NCBI GenBank assembly: GCA_000708835.1
Contig: DF236952.1
Coordinates: forward strand, 459,623-523,622
DNA from: Klebsormidium nitens
Taxonomy: Eukaryota > Plantae > Klebsormidiophyceae
Length of the DNA stretch: 64,000 bases
Reading direction: 5' to 3'
Shown: in pieces, positions 26,701 to 39,175 of the stretch
How the letters are laid out: each line of letters starts with the position of its first letter
Position numbering within the stretch: the first letter of the stretch is position 1
Translations under genes and position numbers: made by a program
Notes under the pieces: model-generated
Told to the model about the DNA's origin: nothing
Databases searched by the model: none
The model's input: only the letters and a program-made list of their open reading frames with translations

Positions 26701-29700
26701 TTGATACTCGGTGGAAAAAGGCCTCTAGTAATCCAGGTCGGTAAGCAAAACTGAGGTGTGCCAAAAGAGACCGACTGAGCAAATTCTTCTCTGAGTTCAC
26801 TGGCGCACCAGCATACCAGAAACTCTGCTCAGTTTTAGAACCCCGACAGGTACCTGATTAGAACGGCCCAGCAAGTTCTTAAGTAAGTGACCTTTCAGGA
26901 GTCGCATCTCATTTTGCAGAATTGCTAACAAGCTAACTGACGCAGAAAGTGAACCAAGACAAGTCGTTCGCTGTTCTCGTAAAGTCGAACCGAACCGGAG
27001 CCGCCTTCGAGCGAGGCAAGTCCGGCCGCAGCCCAGAAAAACGTGAACGAAATTCTGCAAAGATTGCGCCCCCGCAACGCTCTTGCAGTCCCTCTTCCTA
27101 GAGCATCAAATATCACGCTCACCAAATCTCACGCTATTCTTAGGCAAAACTTGCATGCGTACGTTCCTGACTTATCCACGCAATGACGTGGTTCTTCAAA
27201 CCCAGATCCCCGGCCCTCTGACTGCAGATCACTCCGGCGGTTTCTTAAAGAAGACAACCACATCACACTCACGTCGGTCGAGTATGCAAAGCCGAGCAGC
27301 AGGCTCAGCGAGAGCGTCCAGAGCAGCGGCTGAGACCCGACTGCCAGCCCAATGAGCAGACTCGCGATAGCGGATGCGGCGACCAGGCCCACGCCCTGCG
27401 CCACTGAAAATTCGCCGGACGCGAGCGGGAGCGTCGGCTTGTTGATCTGCGCGACAAAAGAGCGTGATGAAGCGGTTTGGAGCTACTTCCGACGTGCGAG
27501 ATCGCCACAAGACCGAGAAACTCGATTGAAAACATGTAAATATATTCGTCGACGGTTGTTGGACGCTTCTCAGCTGTACGGTGCGCATTATGTACGCGAG
27601 CGAGTGTGCGGACATCCGGAGTGGGTGCCAACAATTCAGGAAGAAATCATCTGAGAAGTCCACCTCGAAGGAGCACACCCCTCGAGACTTCTACCAAAGG
27701 CCTATCAAATGCGACAAGCCCATGCTGGAAACAAATGTCAATGTTATCCATAGTCCTGAGGGCTCCGTTGGCAGGTCAAACCGTCAAACGAGTAAGAAAG
27801 GAAACCCACTCATCGCGTGATAAGGGGCGCGTTGGAAGGTTTCACCTTAAGAACCGGTCCCAGAGGAGGCAGTCTAAGACCCAGGATTGTACGATAGACG
27901 TTCGTAACATGAAACACAATAGGATCCCTATCCAATCCCTCCTTCGTGATGACCTCTCTTCCAAGAGTTATAACCACAGGAACGAGGGAGCCTTACAGGT
28001 AATGGTCATCGACCAACACGTCAAGACCTCAGAAGATCTAGGGTCAAGCTTCTTTCCAGGAATTGCACCCACCTTATCGATCTCGATATCGTAGACTTGG
28101 TTGAGCCCCACGATCGCCACATTCGCTTGCAGGGCCGGAATGAGAGCCTGGAGACATGGGTAAAAGAAACGTCAGAACGAACACAAGGTAAATCAGCAAG
28201 TCAGCCCCAGAAGAGGAGAGCAACAGGCGTTGTAGGATCTTCAATGAGGGTAGACTAGATCGGTGTTTGTAGAAGCAACCGCGACAGGCAAAATGCATAT
28301 CGGAAGTGATACCACTGATCGATTGGGGCCTGTGCTGACACTCGACGGCTTGCAGTCGCGTGCTTCTTTCTTGTATCCTTTCAGAACGCCGAACTTAGAA
28401 GCACTTTGTCGATCGTGGCCTAATATTGCTCGCTTCCTGACCATGCATCGTTCTCAAGTCCCGACTCATACAAAAAGTAAGCCGCTGTAACAGCGAAAAA
28501 ATCGATTGCACGTTTACATACGAGCTTTTGGAACTTTCTATCATTTACCACAACCTGTTCTACATCACTTGACCTCCCGTGTACCCCTGGATGATAGCAG
28601 ATTCCAACCCTCGAAGTACAGACGGGGTAGAAAAGCGAAAAGAGGCAACGATCGAAGCTCTCACTGAGATGGGTGTTATCAACCAGCCGACAAGTCCGCA
28701 GCAGCTTCGAAGTTCTATCATAAACATAAACAGCGCTGAACGAGCCGAAGGAAGCTGTACGTTTTCATCCTGATACTCAAAGATCAACACAGAAATCTAC
28801 AGTACTCGGTATCTTTTGAAAGCCTCGGGCGTACCTGTAGAATTCCGATGAATGCCTTGTGACTGAAGTCGGCGGGACTGGTCATCGCGAGCAGGGACAC
28901 CGAGACGATGCTGAGAGACTGGGGCAACAGGCAAAGGGTGTCAACTCGATGCTTCTCGAGGTTGGGATGTAGTGCACTCTTTGCTTCGATGCAGGACTTT
29001 GCTTGTTACCATTGATCGGGCATAGTTAGTACCTCGTAGGCAAGTTGCAGACTACCATATTTACTAGGGACTTGATAAGTTGCCCTTTTCCGTATCAACT
29101 TCTCTGATGTCATTCTCGAGAGTGCTTGAACAAGCTAGATCCTTGACATTGGGCTCGTCCATTCACCCAGCAAGGATGGCTCTGCGAAAATCTTCGGATT
29201 CTGGTTCCTGTTCCTTCCACACAATGAGCACAGTCCAACAGGACCCAATCCCATTGTGAAATTGTCTAGCGGTGACTCTTGCGAATGGCCCTCCCAGGCA
29301 ACGAGAAGCTTCACACGTTGCCTGGTGATCTGAGTCGAGGATGAAGCATGAGCAAAGGACACCAAAACGACCCGCTAAGGAGCTAGTTGTCTGCTTGCTT
29401 GTTACTGAGACAAACAGCTGAGAACAGATGGATCAGACGTCTCTCTGCTGCCGAGCCACCTTGCTCTTCTCGGGAAAAACTGACTTATTTGTTTTTCCAA
29501 TTCTCCATTCTCCTGCATACCGCATTCTCCTGAATACCGCTATCCCGATACCCCGCAAACCGAGGCAGTCAGTGGACTTTCTGAAGGTGGGGTTCCACTC
29601 GCTTGGGGTTGAAAAAGAGTTGAGTATCCAAGCTTGAAACGACGTCTCACCGTGCCAATGATTGTATGGGGTCTCGCAAAGCGCACAAGAGCGTCCGAGA

Positions 29701-31612
29701 ATGCAGTCACCTCGTCCCATGCTCTTTGTAGCCCAACCTGCGTGTACAATGGGCATCAATGAGCCCCCAAAAGGCTTGCTGAAAGTCCTGCAACATTTCC
29801 TGGTTTCCCGCTTACTACTTCAGGTCAAAATGGGCAGTTTCTCACTTCTGAGCGCACCTGCTGAGACGCGATCGCAACCTTCCCTTTCCTCATTCTCCTG
29901 ACTCAATGTCGGGAAGAAGGTATGAGCAAAGTAAAGTCCTGAACAGGGATAGTAATCCTTATTGATAAAGTGGGTATGGAGCAGTCTCGTCCAAGAGTTG
30001 ACGTTCAGGTTAAGGCTTACTAGTCCTAACGCTTATTATTCCCACTGGAGGATCACGAGTAGAGTCTTCACCTTCTCGGACCCGATAAGAGCCTCCCCAT
30101 CTTCTACGTTGAGGTGCCCGGCCGTCGCTTGCGCAACGCCCGTTCTCGCCCGCTTGGCCCGCTGCTGCCGCTGCTTTTGCAGGGGAGTGTCCAGCTTCTC
30201 GCTGACGTCAGCATCGTCTCCCCCGTCGATTGCCAGGGACGACGCGCGAGGCCCCTGGCGGTGGCGCTCATTGGGAGAGCGGCGCTCTGCAGGTTGGAGT
30301 GCTTGTCAGTGGAGGATTTGGGATCAACCAGAAAGTGTTTGAATCTCCAGCGTCTCATCTCCAGATCAGGAATACTCCTCCGGCGGCTGACTTCGAAAAA
30401 GTTCAAAACTTCCTGATCCACATGATGCCTCTACATGGTTGTGAACTGATCCAGAGGACCCCTCATGAGCTGCACTTTGATCCGGAGGACGCGTCATCTG
30501 CCGACAAAATCCAAGCGAACAACTCGTGAAACTTTCTGAGATGTAGGACATGTACAACCACGTCGGGAAGTAGTGAGAAAGGCCAGGAGAGCGGATGAGC
30601 ATGCAGCATTCCGAGCGGACAATAAAGCGAGAGAGAGAAGCCTCGGAACATATTCATTGGCAACCCGGGTGGTGCGTCTTGTGCACTATCCTTGACACCA
30701 CTTGTCAGATGCCAGTCTCTGGTTGAGGAAGAGTTGGCAAACATAGAAAAAGTGATGGGAGAAATTGTGAGGTTTGGGATCCACTGGGCAGCGCTAGGAT
30801 GTGCAAAATGCGTCAGCTTTGAAGCGATTGCGATGATATCAGCCCGACAAATCAGCAATGTGCATGGGTTTCTATGTCTCAAGAAAAGCATCCCTGTGTG
30901 TTGTCTCCATAAAATCTCTGCTTTGATCCAACCTCCGCAGTTGATCAGCTAGCAACATTCAGACAAGTCTGCTGGTTAATGTGGACGAATGCAGGAGAAG
31001 CGGTTTCTCACAGCAAAAGCTACATGCAATTTACAATCACCTCATACATTTATTTGTCAAGATCAGCAAGTTGACCAAGGCTTCCGTGATTCAACACTTG
31101 CAAACACGGCAATGCATGCAGCATTGGAAAATGTAATCCTAGAAAGCCATTGTCTTGCCTTTCTAGGCCTCATCTCTTGTTCATGCACTGGCAGACTAAA
31201 AAGCACCGGCACCATAAAGAACGACCTAGACAATTGTGCAAATTCCAACTTAGCGCACACTTTAACCAAAACACAATCATACCAAACAGAGCACTCAATA
31301 CCCCTGACAAAACTGTGAGTTCGCTTCAAACGAAACGCAAATCTGGGAAAGCTGCTGTTTACCTGCTTCCTTCGATCCATGCAGCCGCGCCGGAAAGCTC
31401 CTCACTCCTAGATCTCCAGACAAAAACCTCCTTCTCCCGTTCCCATGCGGACAGCAATCGCTGATCGCAGCTGATTTCCACACAGCAGTCACCGATTGCT
31501 GCTTTGCATCGATCGGGAGGGCTTGCCTGGGACTATTTGACGAATTTTGCAAAGACCGCGCTGCAGAAAGGAGTGGTTGAGTGCCCCCATGGCAGGCGGT
31601 GAGGGCACCCAT
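23732..31612 (-). CDS. VTE2: Homogentisate phytyltransferase (UbiA family). Exons include 31612-31363, 30286-30072, 29737-29651, ~28925-28835, ~28135-28075, ~27450-27275, ~26430-26330, ~25570-25465, ~25070-24980, ~24465-24270, ~23773-23732
   Basis: DALVRFARPHTIIGT, NVAIVGLNQVYDIEIDK|INKPTLPLASGEFS, LPFLRWKKYPILAAGCIFAVRA, DIPDLEGDRQFNIQSFTVRMGQQKV|FWIC, FYMFVWK|LFYAEYFLLPFVR*. The C-terminal motifs resemble HPT1/VTE2 more than HST/PDS2, judged from recalled sequences. Exon 1 looks like a transit peptide and splices in frame. Confidence 0.9.
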
Positions 31613-32499
31613 GCGTGGTCCGGAAAGGCTGATCTAAAACTCGGTTGAGTAGAACCTTTTTCTTCTTGTGCTGCCACAAATCGAATCACACAATCGCATT
31701 CGATTCAGAAGGTTGAACCGGAATGATGTACTGGCATAAACGCTCCCAGCAAATTGGGTTCAGGGTGCAAGGATATGGATGCTGAAGTGTGCAGCTTTCA
31801 ATCTGTGCATGTACAGGGTGTCTGATGATCAACCACGGCTGAGAGGACTGCGCGTCGAGGAAGCAACAGACGCCCCAGCTCGGCAAAAGCAGGCTAGCCA
31901 CTGTAGCTTTCAAGTTTCCTTCGAGTTCAGGCAGAGCTAGACTTGAAGTTGAAGTTGAAAGTTGAAACCTGATTGAAAAGCTGAAGTGTGCGTCTGCCCA
32001 GAAAAGCATTTTGATTGGCCGGCGAACCCAGCTTTTTGGAAGTATCCCGTCCACGTGACACATTCGTGGCTTTACATTGGTAGGAAGCTGGGGCCATTTA
32101 ATGCACCATGATGCCAGGTGGCAGCTTGAACAGTTGGAACCTGGACCTTTTCGCGCGCATTCTCACGCTTTGCCCCGAGCAATTTATCCCGTCTGGTGTC
32201 AATGATGAACACCAACGTTCATTACGTTTACAGGAGACACACAGACGAAGCAGAGCCGCCCGGGACTTAGCAAGGGGTTAGCGGGGGTTTCTGCCAGCGC
32301 ATGCTGGCAGTGGAAGAAACATCATTCTTTCAGCATGCCCGGGCCCTCGTGTGCTTCATCCGTCACCGTTCTCTTCAGCAGCATTTTGTTGTCCAGATTG
32401 AGTTTTGTCTGAAAGTTGTCGAGAATCAGTTGCAGCGTCTGAGGAAGAATCCGTTTTCAGACCTTGCTGAGGGCTTGCTGTTCAGGTGGGCAAAAGTCA
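31613..32499. promoter_or_regulatory. 887-bp divergent intergenic region (candidate bidirectional promoter) between VTE2 and VTE4
   Basis: ATGs point away from each other at 31612 (-) and 32500 (+). Central G-box CACGTG at 32052-32057, ATTGG (reverse CCAAT) at ~32013 and ~32077, and a TTGAAG-type run at ~31943-31980. Confidence 0.65.
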
Positions 32500-35400
32500 A
32501 TGGCATCAGCAAAAGCCCTCCTGTGCAGGAGCTCCTTCCAACCGCTTTCTCTGACTGAAAGCTGCAGCAGCCTGTCTCTAGAACCCAAAAGCATTCAGTG
32601 CAGACTGCCACTCCCAGTCTCCAAGTCATTTCGACATAGATCTAAGGATTCCTTTGGTTCCTCTAGCAGCCTGACGTTCGGCAGGCAAGCACGGGTAATC
32701 TGCGCAGTGAGCACGGTTCCTGAGAGGACCGTGCCTGAGTTGAATGAGGGGATCGCGGGGTTCTATGATGAGTCGTCAGGCGTTTGGGAGGAGATCTGGG
32801 GCGAGCACATGCACCATGGATACTATCCCAAGGGTAAGCTGGTCTGGCTGCTCGAGGCTGCTCTGTCCTTCTGATCCTGGTTGCCCATCTGCTCAGATTT
32901 TTGGCATTGAGCAGGCAGTAATTTCTGTGTGCTCTGTTTCAGTAGAATCTGGACTTTGACACAAATCTCACTGGCCGGGGTTCCTGCGATCACTAACCAA
33001 CAATCGGCGCCTGGAATTACAAACGGCACAGCTAGAGGTTGCCGGACAAATTAGCAAAGTGCTTTCGAAAGGAGGTGCCTCCCTGGTCGATATCATGGAT
33101 AGGTATTTCCTCATCCTGACATAAGTCAATGCCAGCATCAAAAGGAAGATCACTGAGAGTTCTCAGAACTGGTGTTTCCCACCTGATCTCAAGGAGGATG
33201 CGAGCATGTTGGGTTTCAAAAGCTGACAGCAGTACCCTTGTGGAGAAGGCTGATTGATGGTCGCACAAAGTCAAACGCAACAGAAGCAGGGGATGGTAAT
33301 CCATTTGGCTATGCTGGCATCGTTGGCACCCAAGGTCTTGCTCAAAGCTTTTTTTTGCGCTGGTGCAGGAGAGAAGAAGGATCACAGGGAGGCGCAGATT
33401 GACATGATTGAGGAGACCCTCAAGTGGGCGGGTGCAACAGGTGAGCCTTGGAAGCTGCAGTTTTCCTCGAGCCTCTCCTTTTCGTTGTCTCTCCTCCCTT
33501 TTAAGTGCAGCCAAGCTGACTTTGATCAAGAGTTAGGTGACAATCAGACCTAGGGGATGGGATAAGGAGGGGGATTGGAGGGGTAAGGTTGCTGAGCAGT
33601 CACTTTTGGGGGTTAGGAGTACCTGCTTTGCTGCCACATCAATGATCCTCAATTTTGTGAATCTGATCGTGGCATTGATCAAGCCTGACCCAGTCAACGC
33701 CAAGTATCCAACCTTAAGCCCCTTCTTCCAACTACTGGTCTTATCGGTGTGTCAAACAGAGGTCAGACACATGGAAAACGAGCAGCACCTTCCGAAAGAA
33801 CCCAGGCGCATAGGCAGTCACCATTCATGAATGTTTATCGAGACTTCTTTGGAAACTTGCCAACTCTGGTATCTCCAAGCTTCCAAGCCTCAAACAATGA
33901 TGCAACGATGATGAGATAGGTTTCCCAATGTCCAAAATACATGTGTGAGGAAGGCCCGTCGCTGTCTTCAGTTTCAACTGCGACCATGTGGTTCACGTCC
34001 GAATGCTTCTGCACAGATGCGGAGGGAGTCTCAGCAGGTGGAAGATTTGCTTACGCTGTTCGGAAAGCCCTTTATCACAAGAGGTGATGAACTGAGTGAA
34101 GAGTCCTCCTCTGCTTTCTCTCGCAGGCGCAGGAACCCCCGCTCCCAAAACCGTCGTGGACGTCGGGTGCGGCATCGGCGGAAGCTCACGCTATTTATCG
34201 CGGAAGTTTGGGGCAAAGGTTACGGGAATCACCTTGAGCCCGGTGCAGGCTGCCAGGGCCGGAGCGCTTGCTCGGCAACAAGGGCTTGCCGACAAGGTAA
34301 GAACCACTGTTCGCTTCTGGCTTCAAGAAAAGACAAGAAGGACTTGCAAGGATCGGCACGAATTAACACTCACGTCTGTGTAATATTCTATCAGGAACCC
34401 TGACGTTGCAACCGAGCTGTTGCAGGCATTGTCGAACTCGGGTAGGACCGGGAATTTTTTCGGTCGTCAGGAAAAAGCAGAAACACTCTCTGAAAGGAGA
34501 GCTTCTGTTGAGTTCCCCTCTGGAGGCCGTTAGTTGCCTAGATTGCCCCTTTTGCCCGCGTTACAGTATGTCCGGTTCTTGTTCCACTTAGCTCCGACCA
34601 GACGTCGCATTTCTTCCTTAAGTATTCCCTCTCGATGTAACGACCCCTCCCTTTGCTTGCTGGTAGGAAGGTGGATCGGTTCGCTTGACGGACGGGACTG
34701 CAAAGAGCATGACCTTGCATTTTCATGGCAAGACTCTCCCCCGCTGAATTCCAATGGTAACACGTACTTCTTTCAACCATGTAGTATCGCTTATCCCCTG
34801 CTCTTATTCAACGCGTGCAGGAGTCGTTTTGAATGTCGCAATACAAGCCCTCAACCTCTCGAATATGGATCTCAGTCTTTTCGATAGGGGAACGGTCTCT
34901 CCTGCTGACTTAAGCTCGGTCCAACAGCACTGTCTCTCGGCGCTCAAAAATGAGGACAACAAGCCTCGTGTTAGCAGCTTGGCTAATTTGCGATTGGGCC
35001 CGCTTTGCAGGTGTCGTTCCAGGTAGCCGACGCATTGAACCAGCCATTCGACGACGGACAGTTCGACCTCGTGTGGTCCATGGAAAGTGGGGAACACATG
35101 CCCGACAAAACGAAGGTGAGAGGCGAAAACCCCTGTGCAAACCAGTTAAAAGGCCACCCGTCGTTCCGCAGCTTCCAGCGGATTGGACCTTTGCATCTCA
35201 TGCAGAAAGTAATAGCTTTGATGGACAACTTCACTCAGCCGATCCAGCCTTCCGCACTCTTGTTCCCAGGTCAAGAATTCTCAGCCGCTCGCTCTTACCG
35301 TTCGCATTTCATGAGTTCAGCACTTCGTTCCCTCGCAACTTTGAGAGCATACGCGTCAGATGATAAGGAAAGCCTGTGCCTGCTCTCTACATCTGACGTC

Positions 35401-38087
35401 ACCCGCTGCATAAGTCCTGACTGTGACGTCTTCCGCCCCCCGCAGTTCGTGAACGAGCTCATACGTGTTGCCGCGCCAGGGGGCCGCATCATCATTGTGA
35501 CGTGGTGCCACCGGGACCTGGCCCCAGGGGAGACGGGGCTCCAATCGGACGAGTTGGTAAGTACAGAGGGATCCCTTTCTGATGCCCGTACTGATTTTTG
35601 AATTCGACCCCCAGCCGGACGAGCTGGTAAGTTTCCAGTTGAACAGAGGGATTGCCCCGCGGGCCCGGATCGAACCGTGATGTAGACGCTCCAACTGGAC
35701 GAGCTGGTAAGTCGCCACGTGTTTCAGAGGGATCCCCCTCCAGTCGCTTCAAATGAATAGTAGATGAGGTTTCGATCTTCAGCGTCGCTCTGCGTTATGA
35801 GGTCCCAGAGGCGACAGGTGCTCTCTAAGGCGACAGAGCAGCAGATATGCAGCTTTGCAAGACCGCCGATGGTTTGCACGTTGCAAGAACGTGGAGGTCA
35901 TCGAACCCTGTAGCGCAGTTTCGGAGCATGCATGATCGTCAGAGTGTGCTCAGCAACGGGATCCGTTCTATCTTCGCGCAGGACCTTTTGGCCAAGATCT
36001 GCGATGCGTACTACCTCCCGGCCTGGTGCTCCGCTGCGGACTACATCCGAATTGCGAAGGCGGCGGGGTTGCAGGTAAAGGACTGAGTTTGATCGCACCT
36101 GTCCTTACTTTTCGTCGGCGTCGACCGGTGTGACAGCGCATCTGCAGTCCCTCGAACCAATGAGACTGCTTCAATCGATCACGTAAATCTGGAAGACAGA
36201 CTTGGTGTGCCTTTTAGCTGGAGAACATAAGACTACCTGCATGTACGTGGACCGGAGGATGGAAGCTGGAAACCCGAGCATTGTTGGTCGAAGCAAAGTC
36301 TTAAAGCTGCTTCATCTCAACGGCCCTTCAATTCCGGCTTCTTCTCTTTTTGCCACGACACCTCCCGTGACACGTCGCCTCCCATGGTAGCCTTCTCTTC
36401 TTCGGTCATTTGTTCTCGTTGGGCGGTTGTTGCTACGCCGGAAGGGGACGTCGTTTCTGTTCCCGGTCGAAACGGCCGGATGACGTCAGCAGTTCGTGCG
36501 ACCATAACGTCCTCGACCGACGTGCTAGTAGATTGTTTTTGTAAAGTCGTTTCGCTTCGTGTACGGCTCCTGGGCCGACTTTTTCTGACCCTTTGAACGT
36601 GTCTCACTAGAGCTATAGACTTCAGACGGACAGGATGGGTCGCAAATCTTTCAAGCGGATGTAGCACGTCCCTTATTGCACTGATCTTTGCGGTTTGTAT
36701 TCCTGCTCTTCCTATTCTCTTCTTTCTTGCCTCTGCTTCCTTCTTCGGCTCTTACGGATCTTCAAGCTCAACTGTCTGGCCCACGCCACCGACTCTCTCA
36801 ATTGCTTTTTTGCAGACCCGCCTGACACAGTTTCAAAGTCTCATCTCTTTATTCCGCCACCAACACGTTCTCGTTCCTTGCAGGCCAGCCTGACATTCCT
36901 CTGTTTCTCCCTCTTAGAATACTCAGTTGCCCCTAGTGACCCGCTACCGCCATACTCTTTTGTTGACTGACGAACATGATTTGAGTCGTAGTTCAAGAAA
37001 GCCGCCGTCAACATTCTCCTTCTTCCGGAACATCCTGTGAAGTGACTCATTCTAGACAGCCCGGTCACCAACAGTGTTTCGTTCGTTGCAGAATGTCATC
37101 TCCGATGATTGGTCGGAGCGCGTGACGCCCTTCTGGCCGGCCGTCATGGCGTCTGCTCTCAGCTGGAGGGGGCTACTGGGGCTGGCAAAGTCGGGTGAGA
37201 TGTCAAATGCCCTCCGCCGTCCGTCTCTTTCTCGTCTCTCTTCCTTGCTTTTGACTTTTCTTAACATTCTCTCTCTCATCGTTGTTGGTCGACTTGACCG
37301 CCTGTGCTTTCTTCTTTCTTCGTCATTCATTTCCAGTGTGCTCTAAAACCTCTTCTTCAGGGCTATCCTAAATCTTTCGTCCAAGTTGCTTCCATTCTGT
37401 CTTTCTGAGCGCTGCCTCCTCTGTCGTAATCTGATTGGACTTCTCCGGAGCGGTCTTTGTATCTCCACACGCTCGAAATGTCCTTGAATTTGCTCTGCTG
37501 GTTGTAGCGACTGCTGCCTTGCTTCTGTGGCCCAGAGGTTTCAATGTTGCACGCATCGAAGGTAGATGAGCGCACGTGGATCAGAAGGCAGCTTTTAGAA
37601 AGAGATTGTGCCTTCGCGTTTGGCTCGGAAACAACGGCGAGGGATTGCCCTTGCGACCACGGATGGCGGCCCCAGCTTATGGCCCCTTACTCGTGGGATT
37701 AGTCGGTAGCAAAAGTATTTCGCAGCGTGTTGCCGAGTCCAAGTCTCGGAGCGTCGGGCTCCGTAGACCTCGCCAGATACCGAAGCGCCAAACTGTCTCT
37801 GTCTCGCCTTTTGTTTCCTCCATTTCTCGCTCTCTTACTTTCGCGTAAGAAGGATTGTGAGAACCGCCATGCAATCTATTTGATGCTACCTACTACGAAG
37901 AGCCTATCAAGCATGATAATAAAGTTTTTTCAGTGGTAGTATGCGTGTAATCTGACATCTCCTGCAACGCTTGCCTGCAGGTTGGACGACGATCAAGGGG
38001 GCCTTTGCAATGGCGCTGATGATTCAGGGCTTCAGCCGTGGTCTGATCAAGTTCGCGTTGATCTCCGGTACGAAGGCTAGTCAATAA
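32500..38087 (+). CDS. VTE4: Gamma-tocopherol methyltransferase. Exons ~32500-32833, 33368-33440, 34127-34296, 35011-35115, 35445-35556, 35982-36075, 37090-37194, 37981-38087
   Basis: Transit-like N-terminus. LNEGIAGFYDESSGVWEEIWGEHMHHGYY, HREAQIDMIEETLKWA, SAM motif VVDVGCGIGGSSRYL, FDLVWSMESGEHMPDK, RVAAPGGRIIIVTWCHRDL, ICDAYYLPAWCS, DWSERVTPFWPAV, GWTTIKGAFAMALMIQGF..GLIKFALISGTK. Confidence 0.97.
35541..35740 (+). repeat. Three tandem copies of the VTE4 exon-5 end plus 5' splice site
   Basis: CCA(A/G)..GGACGAG(T/C)TG|GTAAGT with the GT at 35557, 35627 and 35707. Each is followed by a CAGAGGGAT motif. Confidence 0.85.
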
Positions 38088-39175
38088 TGATAGGAGAACC
38101 GTAAGGTGATTGGTTCTTTACATTGCAGAAATCTACACGCCTCCATGTGCAGCATCCTTCTTTAGTTACGGTCGGGTTGGTGAATAGTACATTCTTTCAG
38201 AGCCTCTCATTGAGGCCGCATTGAAATAGCATTTTGTGCAAGTCCCGACAATATGTATTGACTCATTATACCAGGGAACAAACTGTAGAATTTTCGGCGC
38301 TGGCTTCCATTGCCAACTTTCGTGACCGCGAAGTCATCAAAGCTCCACTCATAAGTTAGACGAATCTCGCTTCACTGCATGCGTCATTGCACGGAGCGTG
38401 TACGGGCCCAGGTACATGTTGGCACACAACAGTACATATATCCAATCTAGCTAATCACAGGCATGTAGTACAAATCTGCATGCTGGGAGGTGCCGGCCAT
38501 ACATGATGAGAACCAAGTGCGCTATACCAACAGTATACTTTTAGTGCATACGCAACATTTTGTGATCAGCTAGGCCGAGCTTTACAAGCTGGTGATTTGA
38601 GTTTGCCTTCGGCATAAGAAGGTCATCATTCATGCCAGCGCCTCAAGCAGCGCGCTGGCACGTATGAGCCTTCACCTCATCTGGTAGCTGGAACTTAGCG
38701 CGGGAGTCCCGGTGGCGCCTTCGGGTTGGACCGCGTTGATTTTGCAAGACACAGTCGCCCGACGTCCGAAATGTATTTCTGTGCATAATCGTCAACACCC
38801 TTGCTGTCACTACAAATTATTTCGTATAACAATGACTCATTGCAACTTAATTCAACTGGACACCTGTAGTCTGGCCGGACGGTTACCAATGAGTGTCCTG
38901 GCATGGATGCATCTGGTGTCAGTTGCGATCCGTCGGCGTCACTTATGCTATCCGCCGCCTGTTTCAACTCAAGGAGGTCACTTGGCCAATGGCCATCGCA
39001 TAAAAACGTGTTCAGCAAAGTTGGTTTTTGCACATGCACCCGACGGTACAATCAGCGTCAATCTTCCAAGCAGTACTGAGACGGTCGACTCGTACCTACA
39101 GGTGGCTACATCAATGGTATTTGAAATTCAAGTTGAAAGTTGGACAAGGCCCTTTTACTACAACCATAATTTTGA

